From: an uncultured Sterolibacteriaceae bacterium | Lineage (GTDB): Bacteria; Pseudomonadota; Gammaproteobacteria; Burkholderiales; Rhodocyclaceae | Direction of reading: 5' to 3' | DNA: 64,000 nt | Assembly (NCBI GenBank): GCA_937888595.1 | Contig: CALARK010000007.1 | Location: 23,995 to 87,994, forward strand | In this document: piece by piece, positions 39,646 through 50,044 of the stretch | Numbering within the stretch: position 1 is the stretch's first letter | Layout of the letters: every line of letters starts with the position of its first letter | Made by a program: the position numbers and the translations under genes | Notes under the pieces: model-generated | Seen by the model: the letters and a program-made list of their open reading frames with translations, nothing else | What the model was told of the DNA's origin: nothing | Database searches by the model: none

Positions 39646-41046
39646 TCAGTAGCGATAGTGCTCGGCCTTGTACGGACCGTTCTTCGGCACGCCGATGTAG
39701 GCGGCCTGCTGGTCGGTCAGCTCGGTCAGCTGGGCGTTGAGCTTCTTGAGCTGCAGGCGCGCCACCTTCTCGTCCAGATGCTTGGGCAGCGTATAGACAC
39801 CGACCGGGTAATCGGCGTTCTTGGTGAACAGTTCGATCTGCGCGATGGTCTGGTTGGCGAACGACGAGGACATCACGTAGCTCGGGTGCCCGGTGGCGCA
39901 GCCGAGGTTCACCAGGCGGCCCTTGGCCAGCAGGATGATCCTTTTCCCATCCGGGAAGATGATGTGATCGACCTGCGGCTTGATTTCCTCCCACTGATAC
40001 TTCTCGACGGATGCGACATCAATCTCGTTGTCGAAGTGGCCGATGTTGCAGACGATGGCCTGGTCCTTCATCTTCGCCATGTGGTCATGGTTGATGACGT
40101 GGTAGTTGCCGGTGGCGGTGACGAAGATGTCCGCCTTGTCGGCGGCGTAGTCCATCGTCACGACGCGGTAGCCTTCCATCGCGGCCTGCAGCGCGCAGAT
40201 CGGGTCGATCTCGGTTACCCAGACTTGCGCGGAAAGCGCCCGCAAGGCTTGCGCCGAACCCTTGCCCACGTCGCCGTAGCCGCACACCAGCGCGATCTTG
40301 CCGGCGACCATCACGTCGGTGGCGCGCTTGATGCCGTCGACCAGCGATTCGCGGCAGCCGTAGAGGTTGTCGAACTTGGACTTGGTGACCGAGTCGTTCA
40401 CGTTGATCGCGGGGATCTTCAGGTCGCCGCGCTCATGCATCTGGTAGAGGCGATGCACGCCGGTGGTGGTTTCCTCGGTCACGCCCTTGATCTGCGCCAG
40501 ACGGGTCGAATACCAGGTTTTGTCGGTCTCGAGCTTCTTCTTGATCGCGGCGAAGAGGATGGTTTCCTCTTCCGAGGTCGGCTTGGCGATGACGGAAATG
40601 TCCTTCTCCGCCTTGGCGCCGAGGTGCAGCAGCAGCGTGGCGTCGCCGCCGTCGTCGAGGATCATGTTGCTGTAGCCATTGTCCGGCCACTCGAAGATGC
40701 GGTGGGTGTAGTCCCAGTAGTCGGTCAGTGACTCGCCCTTGACGGCGAAGACGGCGATGTCATCCTTGGCGATGGCGGCGGCGGCGTGGTCCTGGGTCGA
40801 GAAAATGTTGCACGAGGCCCAGCGCACTTCGGCGCCGAGGGCGGTCAGCGTCTCGATCAGCACGGCGGTCTGGATGGTCATGTGCAACGAACCGGTGATG
40901 CGTGCGCCTTTCAGCGGCTGGGCTTTGGCGTATTCCTCGCGGATCGCCATCAGGCCGGGCATCTCGGTCTCGGCGATGCGGATTTCCTTGCGGCCCCAGT
41001 CGGCGAGGCCCATGTCGGCAACAACGTAATCAGCAGGTGTGGTCAT
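39646..41046 (-). CDS. ahcY: Adenosylhomocysteinase
   Basis: Start at [33 protein letters not shown] (ATG 41046). NAD motif [10 protein letters not shown]. Confidence 0.95.
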   Translation of the reverse strand: MTTPADYVVADMGLADWGRKEIRIAETEMPGLMAIREEYAKAQPLKGARITGSLHMTIQTAVLIETLTALGAEVRWASCNIFSTQDHAAAAIAKDDIAVFAVKGESLTDYWDYTHRIFEWPDNGYSNMILDDGGDATLLLHLGAKAEKDISVIAKPTSEEETILFAAIKKKLETDKTWYSTRLAQIKGVTEETTTGVHRLYQMHERGDLKIPAINVNDSVTKSKFDNLYGCRESLVDGIKRATDVMVAGKIALVCGYGDVGKGSAQALRALSAQVWVTEIDPICALQAAMEGYRVVTMDYAADKADIFVTATGNYHVINHDHMAKMKDQAIVCNIGHFDNEIDVASVEKYQWEEIKPQVDHIIFPDGKRIILLAKGRLVNLGCATGHPSYVMSSSFANQTIAQIELFTKNADYPVGVYTLPKHLDEKVARLQLKKLNAQLTELTDQQAAYIGVPKNGPYKAEHYRY

Positions 41047-41121
41047 GAGGTTCAGGCTCCTTGAACATGACCGGGGGCGAGTCGTGGATTGCGCATGCTG
41101 GCTCACCGTCCCGGAGATGGG

Positions 41122-41182
41122 TTGGTGAGCGCCGTTTAGAAAAACGAGCCTGGCGGTGAAACCGTTGCAGCGCTCCTCGATG
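41122..41182 (-). promoter_or_regulatory. SAH riboswitch in the ahcY leader
   Basis: The minus strand reads UCGAGGAGCGCUGCAACGGUUUCACCGCCAGGCUCGUUUUUCUAAACGGCGCUCACC. This carries the conserved GAGGAGCGCUGC, CAGGCUCG and AACGGCGCUCAC blocks as I recall them for the SAH riboswitch class, about 75 nt upstream of ahcY. Confidence 0.75.
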
Positions 41183-41282
41183 GGGTGCGATTATAGTCCA
41201 GTCGCTACCTGACGCGCGTCAAGGCCCGGCCGGCAGGAATAAGGCTATCCTTGCCGCCATTTTTCCTTCGGTGGAGTCGGGA

Positions 41283-41648
41283 ATGAAAAGAATGAAGACG
41301 TGCCTGCTGACGGGGCTGGTGTGCGCCTTGCCGCTCGCATTCGCCAGCGGTCAGGCCGCGGGCCAAACCGCGACGCCCGGTGCGGCTGAAGTGCAGGCGC
41401 TCGGACGCCTCAACGGCGAGGCGCTGGCCTGCAAGCAGATGGCGCTGGTGGACCGGATCCGCATCGCCGTCGTGTACGACGCACCCAAGACGCGCGAGAT
41501 CGGTGAGATCTTCGAGGCGGCGACCAGCGAGCGTTTCCTCGCCATGGGCACGGACAAGTCGGCCTGTCCGGACGGCCGCAGCCTTTCGCAGCAGGTCGAG
41601 TCGGGCATCGCCGCGATGCGGGCGGCCTTCAAGGCGCAGGCGAAATGA
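41283..41648 (+). CDS. Exported hypothetical protein
   Basis: Signal peptide MKRMKTCLLTGLVCALPLAFASGQA and two Cys residues. Its end overlaps the sco start. The start could be 41271, 41283 or 41292. Confidence 0.5.
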   Translation: MKRMKTCLLTGLVCALPLAFASGQAAGQTATPGAAEVQALGRLNGEALACKQMALVDRIRIAVVYDAPKTREIGEIFEAATSERFLAMGTDKSACPDGRSLSQQVESGIAAMRAAFKAQAK

Positions 41649-42241
41649 TCAGGTCGCTGGCCGTCGTCTTTTCCCTCGTGCTGCTGGCCGCCATCCCGGC
41701 CCGGGCGCAGCATGACCTCGGCCTCGGCGAAACGCGCGACATCGTGCCGCGCTATCTGCTTCAGGACGTCAACGGCCGGGCCACGACGCCGGAGGACCAC
41801 AAGGGCTACTACCAGCTGATCGCCTTCGGTTACACCTTCTGTCCGGACATCTGCCCGACCACGCTGACGGAGATGGCGGCGGTGCTCAAGGCGCTCGGAC
41901 CGCAGGCGGAACGGCTGCGGCCGATCTTCATTTCGGTCGATCCGGAACGCGACACCCTGCAGGTGCTGCGCGAATACACCGCCTTCTTCGATCCGCGCAT
42001 CATCGGCATGACCGGCTCGCCGGCGCTGGTGTCGCGCGCCGCGCAGAACTTCAAGGTGCGCTACCAGAAGGTGGCGAAGGAGAGCGGGGACATGACGAAC
42101 TATGCCGTCGATCACTCGGCGGGCATGTACCTGCTCGGGCCGGACGGCAGCTTCGCGAAGAAGTTCGCCTACGCCACCCCGCCGGGCGAGATCGCCACGA
42201 CGATCCGGCTGTATCTCGAGATGGAAACCGCGGCCCGCTGA
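41645..42241 (+). CDS. SCO1/SenC family copper chaperone / thiol-disulfide protein
   Basis: 198 aa. FGYTFCPDICPTTL CxxxC motif and the conserved DHS histidine region. Confidence 0.9.
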   Translation: MIRSLAVVFSLVLLAAIPARAQHDLGLGETRDIVPRYLLQDVNGRATTPEDHKGYYQLIAFGYTFCPDICPTTLTEMAAVLKALGPQAERLRPIFISVDPERDTLQVLREYTAFFDPRIIGMTGSPALVSRAAQNFKVRYQKVAKESGDMTNYAVDHSAGMYLLGPDGSFAKKFAYATPPGEIATTIRLYLEMETAAR

Positions 42242-42292
42242 GCGCGCGCCGCGGTGATTGAAGCCGCCTAGAAACCGGCGCCCGCCGGAGTA

Positions 42293-43459
42293 TTACAGGC
42301 CGGCATCCGCCTTCAGCGCCAGCGCCTTGTCGGTGGCTTCCCAGGTGAATTCCGGCTCGTCGCGGCCGAAGTGGCCGTAGGCGGCGGTCTTCTCGTAGAT
42401 CGGGCGCAGCAGGTTCAGCATGTTGACGATGCCCTTCGGCCGCAGGTCGAAGTGCTTCTTGACGAGCTGGGCGATGGTCTCGTCCGACACCTTGCCGGTG
42501 CCGAAGGTCGTGACCCAGACGCTGGTCGGCTCGGCGACGCCGATGGCGTAGGACACCTGCACCTGGCAGCGCGAGGCGAGGCCGGCGGCGACGATGTTCT
42601 TCGCCACGTAGCGGCCGGCATAGGCGGCCGACCGGTCGACCTTGGAGGGATCCTTGCCCGAGAACGCGCCGCCGCCGTGCGGGCAGGCGCCGCCGTAGGT
42701 GTCGACGATGATCTTGCGGCCGGTCAGGCCGCAGTCGCCCTGCGGGCCGCCGACGACGAAGCGGCCGGTCGGGTTGACGAGGTACTTGATCTCGCCCTTG
42801 ATGAGTTCCTTGGGCAGGATCGGCTTGATGATCTCCTCGATCGTCGCCTCGCGGATGGCTTCCAGAGTCATTTCCGGCGCGTGCTGGGTCGAGATGACCA
42901 CGGTGTCGATCGCATCCGGCTTGCCGTCGACGTAGCGCACGGTGACCTGCGACTTGGCGTCAGGGCGCAGCCACGGCAGGCGGCCGTCCTTGCGCAGCAT
43001 CGCCTGGCGCTCGACGAGGCGGTGCGACAGGTAGATCGGCAGCGGCATCAGGGTGGCGGTTTCGTCGCAGGCGTAGCCGAACATCAGGCCCTGGTCGCCG
43101 GCACCCTGGTCGAGGTTGTTGTCGTAGGCCTTGTTGACGCCCTGGGCGATGTCGGGGCTCTGCTTGTCGTAGGCCACTAGCACGGCGCAGCCCTTGTAGT
43201 CGATGCCGTACTCGGTGTTGTCGTAGCCGATGCGCTTGATGGTGTTGCGCGCCACGCCGATGTAGTCGACGTTGGCCGTGGTGGTGATCTCACCGGCCAG
43301 CACGACGAGGCCGGTGTTGCACAGCGTCTCGGCGGCGACGCGCGAAGTCGGGTCCTGCGCCAGGATGGCGTCGAGGATGGCGTCGGAGATCTGGTCGGCG
43401 ACCTTGTCCGGATGGCCTTCCGAAACGGATTCCGAGGTGAAGTAGTACTGGTTCGACAT
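42293..43459 (-). CDS. metK: S-adenosylmethionine synthase
   Basis: 388 aa. [25 protein letters not shown] and [19 protein letters not shown]. Confidence 0.95.
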   Translation of the reverse strand: MSNQYYFTSESVSEGHPDKVADQISDAILDAILAQDPTSRVAAETLCNTGLVVLAGEITTTANVDYIGVARNTIKRIGYDNTEYGIDYKGCAVLVAYDKQSPDIAQGVNKAYDNNLDQGAGDQGLMFGYACDETATLMPLPIYLSHRLVERQAMLRKDGRLPWLRPDAKSQVTVRYVDGKPDAIDTVVISTQHAPEMTLEAIREATIEEIIKPILPKELIKGEIKYLVNPTGRFVVGGPQGDCGLTGRKIIVDTYGGACPHGGGAFSGKDPSKVDRSAAYAGRYVAKNIVAAGLASRCQVQVSYAIGVAEPTSVWVTTFGTGKVSDETIAQLVKKHFDLRPKGIVNMLNLLRPIYEKTAAYGHFGRDEPEFTWEATDKALALKADAGL

Positions 43460-43665
43460 GATGGCTCCTTCTGTTTCCCCGCTGTTCGGTCCGTCGGACC
43501 GGCTCGGGGGATCGGAGCAGGCGACGCTTTAGCAGTATTTCCCCGCCCCATGGCTGCCAGCGGGATCGCCCTGCAAGTTGTCCTGTGCCGCAGATTGCGG
43601 CGCTTAACTCGGCGATGGGCGGCGATAATAGCGCCTTTTCCGCTCCGGTCAACCGCGCCTGCCTC

Positions 43666-44481
43666 ATGGGTTTCCTATTCCGCCTGCTTTCGCACCTGCC
43701 GTTGTACGTGCTGCACAACCTCGGCGCACTGGCCGGCTGGCTTGCCTATGTGCTGTCGCCGACCTATCGGCGCCACCTGCGCGAGAACATGGCGCTGGCC
43801 GGGGTGGCGGATCATCGCCATGCGGCGATCGCGGAGGCCGGCAAGACCATCCTGGAGCTGCCGAAGATCTGGCTGCGACCGCAGGCCGAGGTGGTCGGCC
43901 GCGTAGTGAAGGTGGACGGCTGGGAACATGTGGACGCCGCGCTGGCTGCAGGCCGCGGGCTTGTTTTCATGACGCCGCACCTGGGGTGCTTCGAAATCTG
44001 CGCCCAGTACCTGGCGATGCACCGCCCGATCACCGTGCTTTATCGCCGCTCGAAGCAGGCCTGGCTGGCGCCCATCATGGAGGAGGGGCGCGGGGCGCAT
44101 CTCAATCTCGCACCGGCCGACATGAGCGGGGTGCGGCGCCTGCTCAAGGCGCTGAAGGCGGGGGAAATGGTCGGCATGCTGCCCGATCAGGCACCCGGCG
44201 CCGGCGAAGGGGTCTGGGCGTCTTTCTTCGGTCGGCCGGCCTACACGATGACGCTTGCCGCCCGACTGGCGCAGACCGGGGCAACGGTGCTGTTCACCTA
44301 CGCCGAGCGCCTACAGTACGGCGCCGGCTACCACCTGCACTTCCTGCCCCCGGAGGGCGCCGTCGATAACCCGGCCGACATCAACCGCGAAATCGAGCGG
44401 CTCGTCATGCTGTGCCCCGGACAATATCTCTGGGGCTACAACCGCTACAAGCAGCCGTCCGGCGCGCCGGAGCCGACATGA
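43666..44481 (+). CDS. Lipid A biosynthesis lysophospholipid/lauroyl acyltransferase (LpxL/HtrB family), paralog 1
   Basis: Start at MGFLFRLLSHLPLYVL (ATG 43666). Acyltransferase HLGCFE (HX4E-type) motif. Confidence 0.75.
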   Translation: MGFLFRLLSHLPLYVLHNLGALAGWLAYVLSPTYRRHLRENMALAGVADHRHAAIAEAGKTILELPKIWLRPQAEVVGRVVKVDGWEHVDAALAAGRGLVFMTPHLGCFEICAQYLAMHRPITVLYRRSKQAWLAPIMEEGRGAHLNLAPADMSGVRRLLKALKAGEMVGMLPDQAPGAGEGVWASFFGRPAYTMTLAARLAQTGATVLFTYAERLQYGAGYHLHFLPPEGAVDNPADINREIERLVMLCPGQYLWGYNRYKQPSGAPEPT

Positions 44482-45341
44482 CCCGGTTCGCACTGGCTGT
44501 CATGTGGCTGCTGCACTGGCTGCCGCTGCCGGCGCTGGCGGCCTGCGGGCGGCTGTTCGGCCGGCTGCTGTTCCGCTTCGGCCACGAGCGCCGCCGCGTC
44601 GCCCTGACCAATCTGGGCCTCTGCTTCCCCCAGATGGGCGAAGCCGAAAAGTCGGCGCTGGCGCGACGGCACTTCGAGGCCTTCGGCCGCAGCTTCCTCG
44701 AGCGCGGGCTGCTGTGGTGGGCCCCGGCTGCGCGCATCCGCCGCCTCGTGACGATCGCGGGACTGGAACGCATTCCCGCCGACCGGCCGGTGATCCTGCT
44801 GGTGCCGCATTTCGTCGGCCTCGACATGGGCTGGACGCGGCTGACGCTCGAGCGCGACATGGTCAGCATCTACGCCAATCAGAAGAACCTGCTGTTCAAT
44901 GCCGCCCTCTATCAGGGCCGCCTGCGTTTCGGGCATTCCGAGCTGCTTTCGCGTCAGGAAGGCACGCGCAAGGCGATCCGGGCGATGAAGGCCGGCCGGC
45001 CGTTCTACTACCTGCCGGACATGGATTACGGCGAGCGCGACACCATCTTCGTGCCCTTCTTCGGCGTCCCGGCGGCGACCATCACGGGCCTGTCGCGCCT
45101 CGCGCGCATAACCGGCGCGGCGGTCGTGCCGGCCATCGCGCGCATGACCGATTCCGGATATGTCGTCGAGATCGGCGAACCGTGGGTGGATTACCCGGGC
45201 CAGGGTGAACATGGCATCGAGGACGATACGCGGCGCATGAATGCCTTCATCGAGCAGGAAGTGCTGAAAATGCCTGACCAGTACTTCTGGCTGCACAAGC
45301 GCTTCAAGACGCGGCCGCCGGGCGAACAAAGGCTGTATTGA
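44478..45341 (+). CDS. Lipid A biosynthesis acyltransferase (LpxL/HtrB family), paralog 2
   Basis: ATG 44478 overlaps the upstream stop. NLGLCFPQMGEAEKSALARRHFEAFG, HFVGLD motif and C-terminal QYFWLHKRFKTRP. Confidence 0.8.
   Translation: MTRFALAVMWLLHWLPLPALAACGRLFGRLLFRFGHERRRVALTNLGLCFPQMGEAEKSALARRHFEAFGRSFLERGLLWWAPAARIRRLVTIAGLERIPADRPVILLVPHFVGLDMGWTRLTLERDMVSIYANQKNLLFNAALYQGRLRFGHSELLSRQEGTRKAIRAMKAGRPFYYLPDMDYGERDTIFVPFFGVPAATITGLSRLARITGAAVVPAIARMTDSGYVVEIGEPWVDYPGQGEHGIEDDTRRMNAFIEQEVLKMPDQYFWLHKRFKTRPPGEQRLY
44647..44670 (+). repeat. 24-nt repeat copy j (inside lpxL paralog 2)
   Basis: AAAAGTCGGCGCTGGCGCGACGGC, 2 mismatches. Read as KSALARRH. Confidence 0.65.
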
Positions 45342-45363
45342 GCCCTTATTCGCCTTCATTTGA

Positions 45364-45387
45364 AAAAGTCGGCGTTGGCGGGACGGC
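45364..45387 (+). repeat. 24-nt repeat copy k (intergenic, lpxL/dapF)
   Basis: AAAAGTCGGCGTTGGCGGGACGGC, 2 mismatches. Confidence 0.8.
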
Positions 45388-45403
45388 GTAAGATTTTCAG
45401 GCT

Positions 45404-46249
45404 ATGAAAATCCGCTTCGCCAAGATGCATGGCCTCGGCAACGACTTCGTCGTGCTCGATGCCGTGCGACAGCATTTCGTACCCAGCGCCGCCGAGGCCC
45501 GCTGGCTGGCCGACCGCCATTTCGGCGTTGGCTGCGACCAGATTCTCGTCGTCGAGCCGCCGCAGATCGACGACGCGGACTTCCGTTATCGCATCTTCAA
45601 TGCCGATGGCAGCGAGGTCGAGCAGTGCGGCAATGGAGCGCGCTGCTTCGTGCGCTTCGTCCACGAGCAGGGGCTGACGGAAAAGCGCGAGATCCGCGTC
45701 GAGACGATGGCGGGCATCATCATGCCGCGCCTCGAAGCGGACGGCCAGGTGACGGTCGATATGGGCGTACCGCGCTTCACACCGGCCGATATTCCCTTTC
45801 TGGCGGAGTCGGACGATCTGGTCCAGACCCTCGAATTCGACGGTCGCAGTGCCGAGATCACCGCTGTCTCGATGGGCAATCCGCATGCCGTACAGGTGGT
45901 CGACAACGTCGATTCCGCGCCGGTCGGCCGCGACGGCCCGTGGATCGAGGCCCATCCGCGCTTTCCGAAGCGCGCCAATGCCGGCTTCATGGAAGTCGTC
46001 GACCGCCATGCCATCCGCCTGCGCGTCCATGAGCGTGGTGCCGGAGAGACGCTCGCCTGCGGAACGGGCGCCTGCGCCGCCGTCGTGGCCGGCATCCGCC
46101 GCGGCCTGCTCGATTCCCCCGTGCGCGTGACGACGCGCGGCGGCGATCTCTCGATCGCATGGGGCGGTGTCGGCCGGCCCGTCCTCATGACCGGGCCGGC
46201 GGTCACCGTATTCACCGGCGAACTCGAATTGCCCAAGGAGAAGTCATGA
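45404..46249 (+). CDS. dapF: Diaminopimelate epimerase
   Basis: 281 aa. [13 protein letters not shown], catalytic [16 protein letters not shown] and ACGTGACA. Confidence 0.95.
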   Translation: MKIRFAKMHGLGNDFVVLDAVRQHFVPSAAEARWLADRHFGVGCDQILVVEPPQIDDADFRYRIFNADGSEVEQCGNGARCFVRFVHEQGLTEKREIRVETMAGIIMPRLEADGQVTVDMGVPRFTPADIPFLAESDDLVQTLEFDGRSAEITAVSMGNPHAVQVVDNVDSAPVGRDGPWIEAHPRFPKRANAGFMEVVDRHAIRLRVHERGAGETLACGTGACAAVVAGIRRGLLDSPVRVTTRGGDLSIAWGGVGRPVLMTGPAVTVFTGELELPKEKS

Positions 46250-46911
46250 ATCTTGCTGCCAAGGATGTCGCCCAGTTCCTCAAGGATCATCCGGATTTCT
46301 TCAACCAGTACGCCGACGCGCTGGCGCAGATCACCATTCCCGACCCGCACGGCGGCCGGGCGGTGTCGATCACCGAGCGGCAGATGGGCACGCTGCGCGA
46401 CCAGGTGCGGCGGCTCGAAGCCAAGCTCGCCGAGCTGATCCGCTTCGGCGAGGAAAACGACGCCCTGCTCGCCAAGACACACCGGCTGGTCGTCGCGCTC
46501 ACCGGCGCGGCCGATAGCGGCGCGGCCCTGCGCACCCTCTACGCGCACCTCGGTGGCGATTTCGATGTGCCGCACGTGGCCGTGCGCCTGTGGGGCGCCC
46601 ATAACGAGGGGGGCGATCCCGGTGCGCCCGAATTCACGCCGATGAGCGTCGAGGCCCATGAATTTGCCGCCACGCTCAAGCGGCCCTACTGCGGCGCCGG
46701 CAGCGGTCCCGACGTGCTCGGCTGGTTCGGCGAGCGCGGCGCCCATGTGCGTTCGCTGGCGCTGGTCGCCTTGCGCAAGGGCGACCAGACCTTCGGCCTG
46801 CTCGCCCTCGGCAGCGAGGATCCGCAGCGTTTCTATCCCGAGATGGGCACGCTCTACCTCGAACGCATCGGCGAAGTCGCCGCGGCGGCGCTGGCCAGAA
46901 CCCTGCGCTGA
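46246..46911 (+). CDS. DUF484 family protein
   Basis: [19 protein letters not shown]... with a coiled coil plus a GAF-like C-terminus. Sits in the conserved dapF-DUF484-xerC arrangement. Confidence 0.75.
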   Translation: MNLAAKDVAQFLKDHPDFFNQYADALAQITIPDPHGGRAVSITERQMGTLRDQVRRLEAKLAELIRFGEENDALLAKTHRLVVALTGAADSGAALRTLYAHLGGDFDVPHVAVRLWGAHNEGGDPGAPEFTPMSVEAHEFAATLKRPYCGAGSGPDVLGWFGERGAHVRSLALVALRKGDQTFGLLALGSEDPQRFYPEMGTLYLERIGEVAAAALARTLR

Positions 46912-46918
46912 ACCCACC

Positions 46919-47809
46919 ATGGCCGATACGTCGGTCGAACAATTCCTGGCCGAGCTCGACCACCAGCGTCGTGCCAGCCCGCACACGCTGAGCGCTTACC
47001 GGCGCGACCTCGCCCTGCTCGCGGCCGGGGTCGGGGGGCGCCCGCTCGATGCGCTGCAATCCCACGAGCTGCGCCGCCAGGCGATGCGCCTGCACGGCCA
47101 GGGGCTGTCGGCGCGCTCGGTGGCGCGCACGCTGTCGGCCTGGCGCGCCTACTACCGCTGGCTCGCGCGGCGTGGCCGGCTCGCTGCCGACCCCTGCGTC
47201 GGGCTCAAGGCGCCGAAGCGGCCGCGCGTACTGCCCAAGGCACTCGGCGTCGAGCAGGCGAACGCGCTACTCGACGCCGCCGTCGAGCACGCAGATGCGC
47301 TGTCGCTGCGCGACCGCGCGATGTTCGAGCTGTTCTATTCCTCCGGCCTGCGCCTCGCGGAACTCGTTTCCCTCGATCTGTCGAGCGGCATCGACCTCGC
47401 CGCCGGCGAAGTCACCGTCACCGGCAAGCGCGGCAAGACGCGCACCGTGCCGGTCGGCGCGCGGGCGGCCGAAGCGCTCGCGGCCTGGCTCGCCTGCCGC
47501 GCGGGTCTCGCCACGGCGGACGAGCCGGCCCTGTTCGTCAGCCGGCGCGGCAGCCGCCTGACGCCGCGCGCCGTCGAGCTGCGCCTCGCGCGGCGGGCGC
47601 GCGAATGCGGCCTCGGCCAGCACGTCCATCCGCACATGCTGCGCCATTCCTTCGCCAGCCACGTGCTGCAGTCCTCCGGCGACCTGCGCGCCGTGCAGGA
47701 GATGCTCGGCCACGCCAGCATCGCGACGACGCAAATCTATACGCATCTGGACTTCCAGCACCTCGCGAAGGTTTATGATGCGGCGCATCCGCGGGCGAAA
47801 CAGAAGTAA
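46919..47809 (+). CDS. xerC: Tyrosine recombinase XerC
   Basis: 296 aa with the RHRY catalytic pattern (ELFYSSGLRLAEL, HPHMLRHSFASH, LGHASIATTQIYTHL). Confidence 0.9.
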   Translation: MADTSVEQFLAELDHQRRASPHTLSAYRRDLALLAAGVGGRPLDALQSHELRRQAMRLHGQGLSARSVARTLSAWRAYYRWLARRGRLAADPCVGLKAPKRPRVLPKALGVEQANALLDAAVEHADALSLRDRAMFELFYSSGLRLAELVSLDLSSGIDLAAGEVTVTGKRGKTRTVPVGARAAEALAAWLACRAGLATADEPALFVSRRGSRLTPRAVELRLARRARECGLGQHVHPHMLRHSFASHVLQSSGDLRAVQEMLGHASIATTQIYTHLDFQHLAKVYDAAHPRAKQK

Positions 47810-47811
47810 CC

Positions 47812-47835
47812 GCCGTCCCGCCGGGACCGACTTTT
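47812..47835 (-). repeat. 24-nt repeat copy l (intergenic, xerC/SulP)
   Basis: Reverse complement AAAAGTCGGTCCCGGCGGGACGGC. This is the TCC variant, whose GTCCC-GGC-GGGAC segment can fold into a small hairpin. Confidence 0.8.
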
Positions 47836-47848
47836 TCTTTCCGCTGTC

Positions 47849-50044
47849 ATGAACCTGCCCAAGACCCTCGCCGGCGATTTCTGGGGTGGCCTGGCCGCCA
47901 TGCTGGTGGCGTTGCCCTCGGCGATCGCCTTCGGGGTGACGATCTACGCGCCCCTCGGCGCCAGCGCGGCCGCGCAGGGCGCGCTGGCCGGCATCCTCGG
48001 CGCGATGGCGCTGGGCCTGATCGCCGCCTCGCTCGGCGGGGCGCCGCGCCTCATCAGCGCGCCCTGCGCGCCGGCCGCCGCGGTGCTGGCCGCCTTCGCC
48101 ATCGAGCGCCTGCAGGCGGGCAGCGATGCCGTGTCGATCATGCTGATGCTCACGGTGCTGGGGCTGATGGCCGGCCTGTTGCAGGTCGCCTTCGGCGCAC
48201 TGCGGCTCGGCAAGCTGATCGAATACATGCCCTACCCGGTGGTGAGCGGCTACCTGTCCGGCGTCGGGCTGATCATCATTGGCAGCCAGGTGCCCAAGCT
48301 GCTCGGCGCCGGGAAAGACATGACGCTCTGGCCGGCGCTCGCCGCTCCGGCGCAATGGAATCTTGCCAGCCTGGCGATCGGGGTCGTCACGGCCGGCGTG
48401 ATGCTCGCCGCGCCCCGGTTCGTCAAGCGCGTGCCGGCGGCGATCCTCGGCCTGCTGGCGGGCGTGCTGGCCTATCTCGGCCTCGGGCTGGCGGACGTGG
48501 TGCCGCTGTCCACGGCCGCGAACCCGCTCGTGGTGGGGCCGTTGTCGACGGGCGAAGGCGCCGGCTTCCTCGATGCGCTGCTCGGACGCTGGCAGGCCGC
48601 GAGCGCGCTCGATGTGCACACGCTGGCGCTGCTGGTCTTTCCGGCGCTGACGCTGGCCGGCCTGCTGTCGATCGACACGCTGAAGACCTGCCTGGTGCTC
48701 GACGCGATGACGCGTTCGCGCCACCAGTCGAACCGCGAGCTGTTCGGCCAGGGCATGGCCAACATCGGCTCGGCGCTGATCGGCGGCATGCCGGGCGCGG
48801 GCACCATGGGCGCGACGCTGGTCAACCTGTCTTCCGGCGCGCAGACCCGCCTGTCCGGCATGTTCGAGGGGGCGCTCGCGCTGCTCGCCTTCCTGCTGCT
48901 CGGTGCGCTGATCGCCTGGGTGCCGGTGGGGGCGCTCGCGGCGATCCTCATCGTCATCGGCGCGCGCATGATCGACCGCAACAGCCTGCATTTCCTCAAG
49001 TCGCGCGCGACGATCCTCGACTTCGCCGTGATCCTCGCCGTCATCCTCACCGCGCTGTTCGTCGGCCTGATCCCGGCTTCGGGCGTCGGCATCCTGCTGG
49101 CGATCCTGCTGTTCGTGCGCGAGCAGATCGGCGGCGCCGTGGTGCGCCGCAAGCTCGCCGGCAACCAGAATTTCTCGAAGCGCGTGCGGCCCCGGCAGGA
49201 GATGGAGATCCTCGTCGAACGCGGCGACTGCGCGGCGATCTGCGAACTGCAGGGCAGCCTGTTCTTCGGTACCGCCAACCAGCTCTACGCCGCGCTGGAG
49301 CCGGAACTCAAGACGCGCGACTACCTGATCCTCGACCTGCGCCGCGTGCAGACCGTGGACGTCACCGCGGCGCACATGCTCGAACAGGTCAAGGACATGC
49401 TCGCCGAACGCGGCGGCTGCCTGATCTTCAGCCAGATCCCGCAGAAGCTGCCGACCGGGCGCGACATCCGCAAGTATCTCGATGAAGTCGGCCTACTCAA
49501 GGCGGGCGATGCCGTCCGGGTGTTCGACGAGATCGACCAGGCGCAGGAGTGGGTGGAGGACCGCATCATCAAGGCGGCGGCGCTCGAACTCGCGGCGGAG
49601 ACCGCGCTCGCGCTCCCCGACCTCGAACTGTTCAGGAACCGCAAGGCACAGACTCTCGCCGCGCTGGAGCAGCACATGGAGCAGCGTGCCTTCCAGGCCG
49701 GCGAGAAGATCTTCGCGCGCGGCGACACCGGCGACGAGCTGTTCCTGATCCGGCGCGGTGCGGTGCGCATCCTGCTGCCGGTGAGCGATACCCTGAGCCA
49801 CCATCTCGGCACCTTCGGCCGCGGCGCCTTCTTCGGCGAGATGGCCTTCCTCGATGGCGAGCCGCGCTCGGCCGACGCCGTCGCCTTCAGCGACGTCGAG
49901 CTCTACGTGCTGTCGCGTGCCGTCTTCGACCAGTTCGCCGAGGAGCACAAGAAGGCCGCGCTCGCCCTGATGGAAGGCATCGCCAGCGTGCTGGCGAGCC
50001 GCCTGCGCTACACCAACGCCGAACTGCGCGCGCTCGAAGCCTAG
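47849..50044 (+). CDS. SulP family anion transporter fused to STAS and cyclic-nucleotide-binding domains
   Basis: 731 aa. SulP membrane core, then STAS (AICELQGSLFFGTANQLY), then a cNMP-binding domain (FARGDTGDELFLIRRGAVRI...FFGEMAFLDGEPRSADA). Confidence 0.85.
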   Translation: MNLPKTLAGDFWGGLAAMLVALPSAIAFGVTIYAPLGASAAAQGALAGILGAMALGLIAASLGGAPRLISAPCAPAAAVLAAFAIERLQAGSDAVSIMLMLTVLGLMAGLLQVAFGALRLGKLIEYMPYPVVSGYLSGVGLIIIGSQVPKLLGAGKDMTLWPALAAPAQWNLASLAIGVVTAGVMLAAPRFVKRVPAAILGLLAGVLAYLGLGLADVVPLSTAANPLVVGPLSTGEGAGFLDALLGRWQAASALDVHTLALLVFPALTLAGLLSIDTLKTCLVLDAMTRSRHQSNRELFGQGMANIGSALIGGMPGAGTMGATLVNLSSGAQTRLSGMFEGALALLAFLLLGALIAWVPVGALAAILIVIGARMIDRNSLHFLKSRATILDFAVILAVILTALFVGLIPASGVGILLAILLFVREQIGGAVVRRKLAGNQNFSKRVRPRQEMEILVERGDCAAICELQGSLFFGTANQLYAALEPELKTRDYLILDLRRVQTVDVTAAHMLEQVKDMLAERGGCLIFSQIPQKLPTGRDIRKYLDEVGLLKAGDAVRVFDEIDQAQEWVEDRIIKAAALELAAETALALPDLELFRNRKAQTLAALEQHMEQRAFQAGEKIFARGDTGDELFLIRRGAVRILLPVSDTLSHHLGTFGRGAFFGEMAFLDGEPRSADAVAFSDVELYVLSRAVFDQFAEEHKKAALALMEGIASVLASRLRYTNAELRALEA

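Noticed and set aside
43460-43665. The 206-nt metK / lpxL divergent spacer as a SAM riboswitch.
   Set aside because: I could not find the conserved cores of the SAM-I, SAM-II, SAM-V or SAM/SAH classes. Only generic GC hairpins are present, and the spacer must also hold two promoters. An Infernal scan would settle it.
43666-45341. The tandem lpxL-family genes as a recent duplication of interest.
   Set aside because: The two proteins are clearly diverged (different N-termini and motifs HLGCFE versus HFVGLD). This is consistent with the common LpxL plus LpxM/second late acyltransferase pair, which is ordinary lipid A biosynthesis.
46919-47809. The tyrosine recombinase as a marker of an integrated mobile element.
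   Set aside because: It sits in the conserved dapF-DUF484-xerC housekeeping arrangement and has the XerC-type sequence. There is no adjacent tRNA target, att-like repeats or phage or IS genes.
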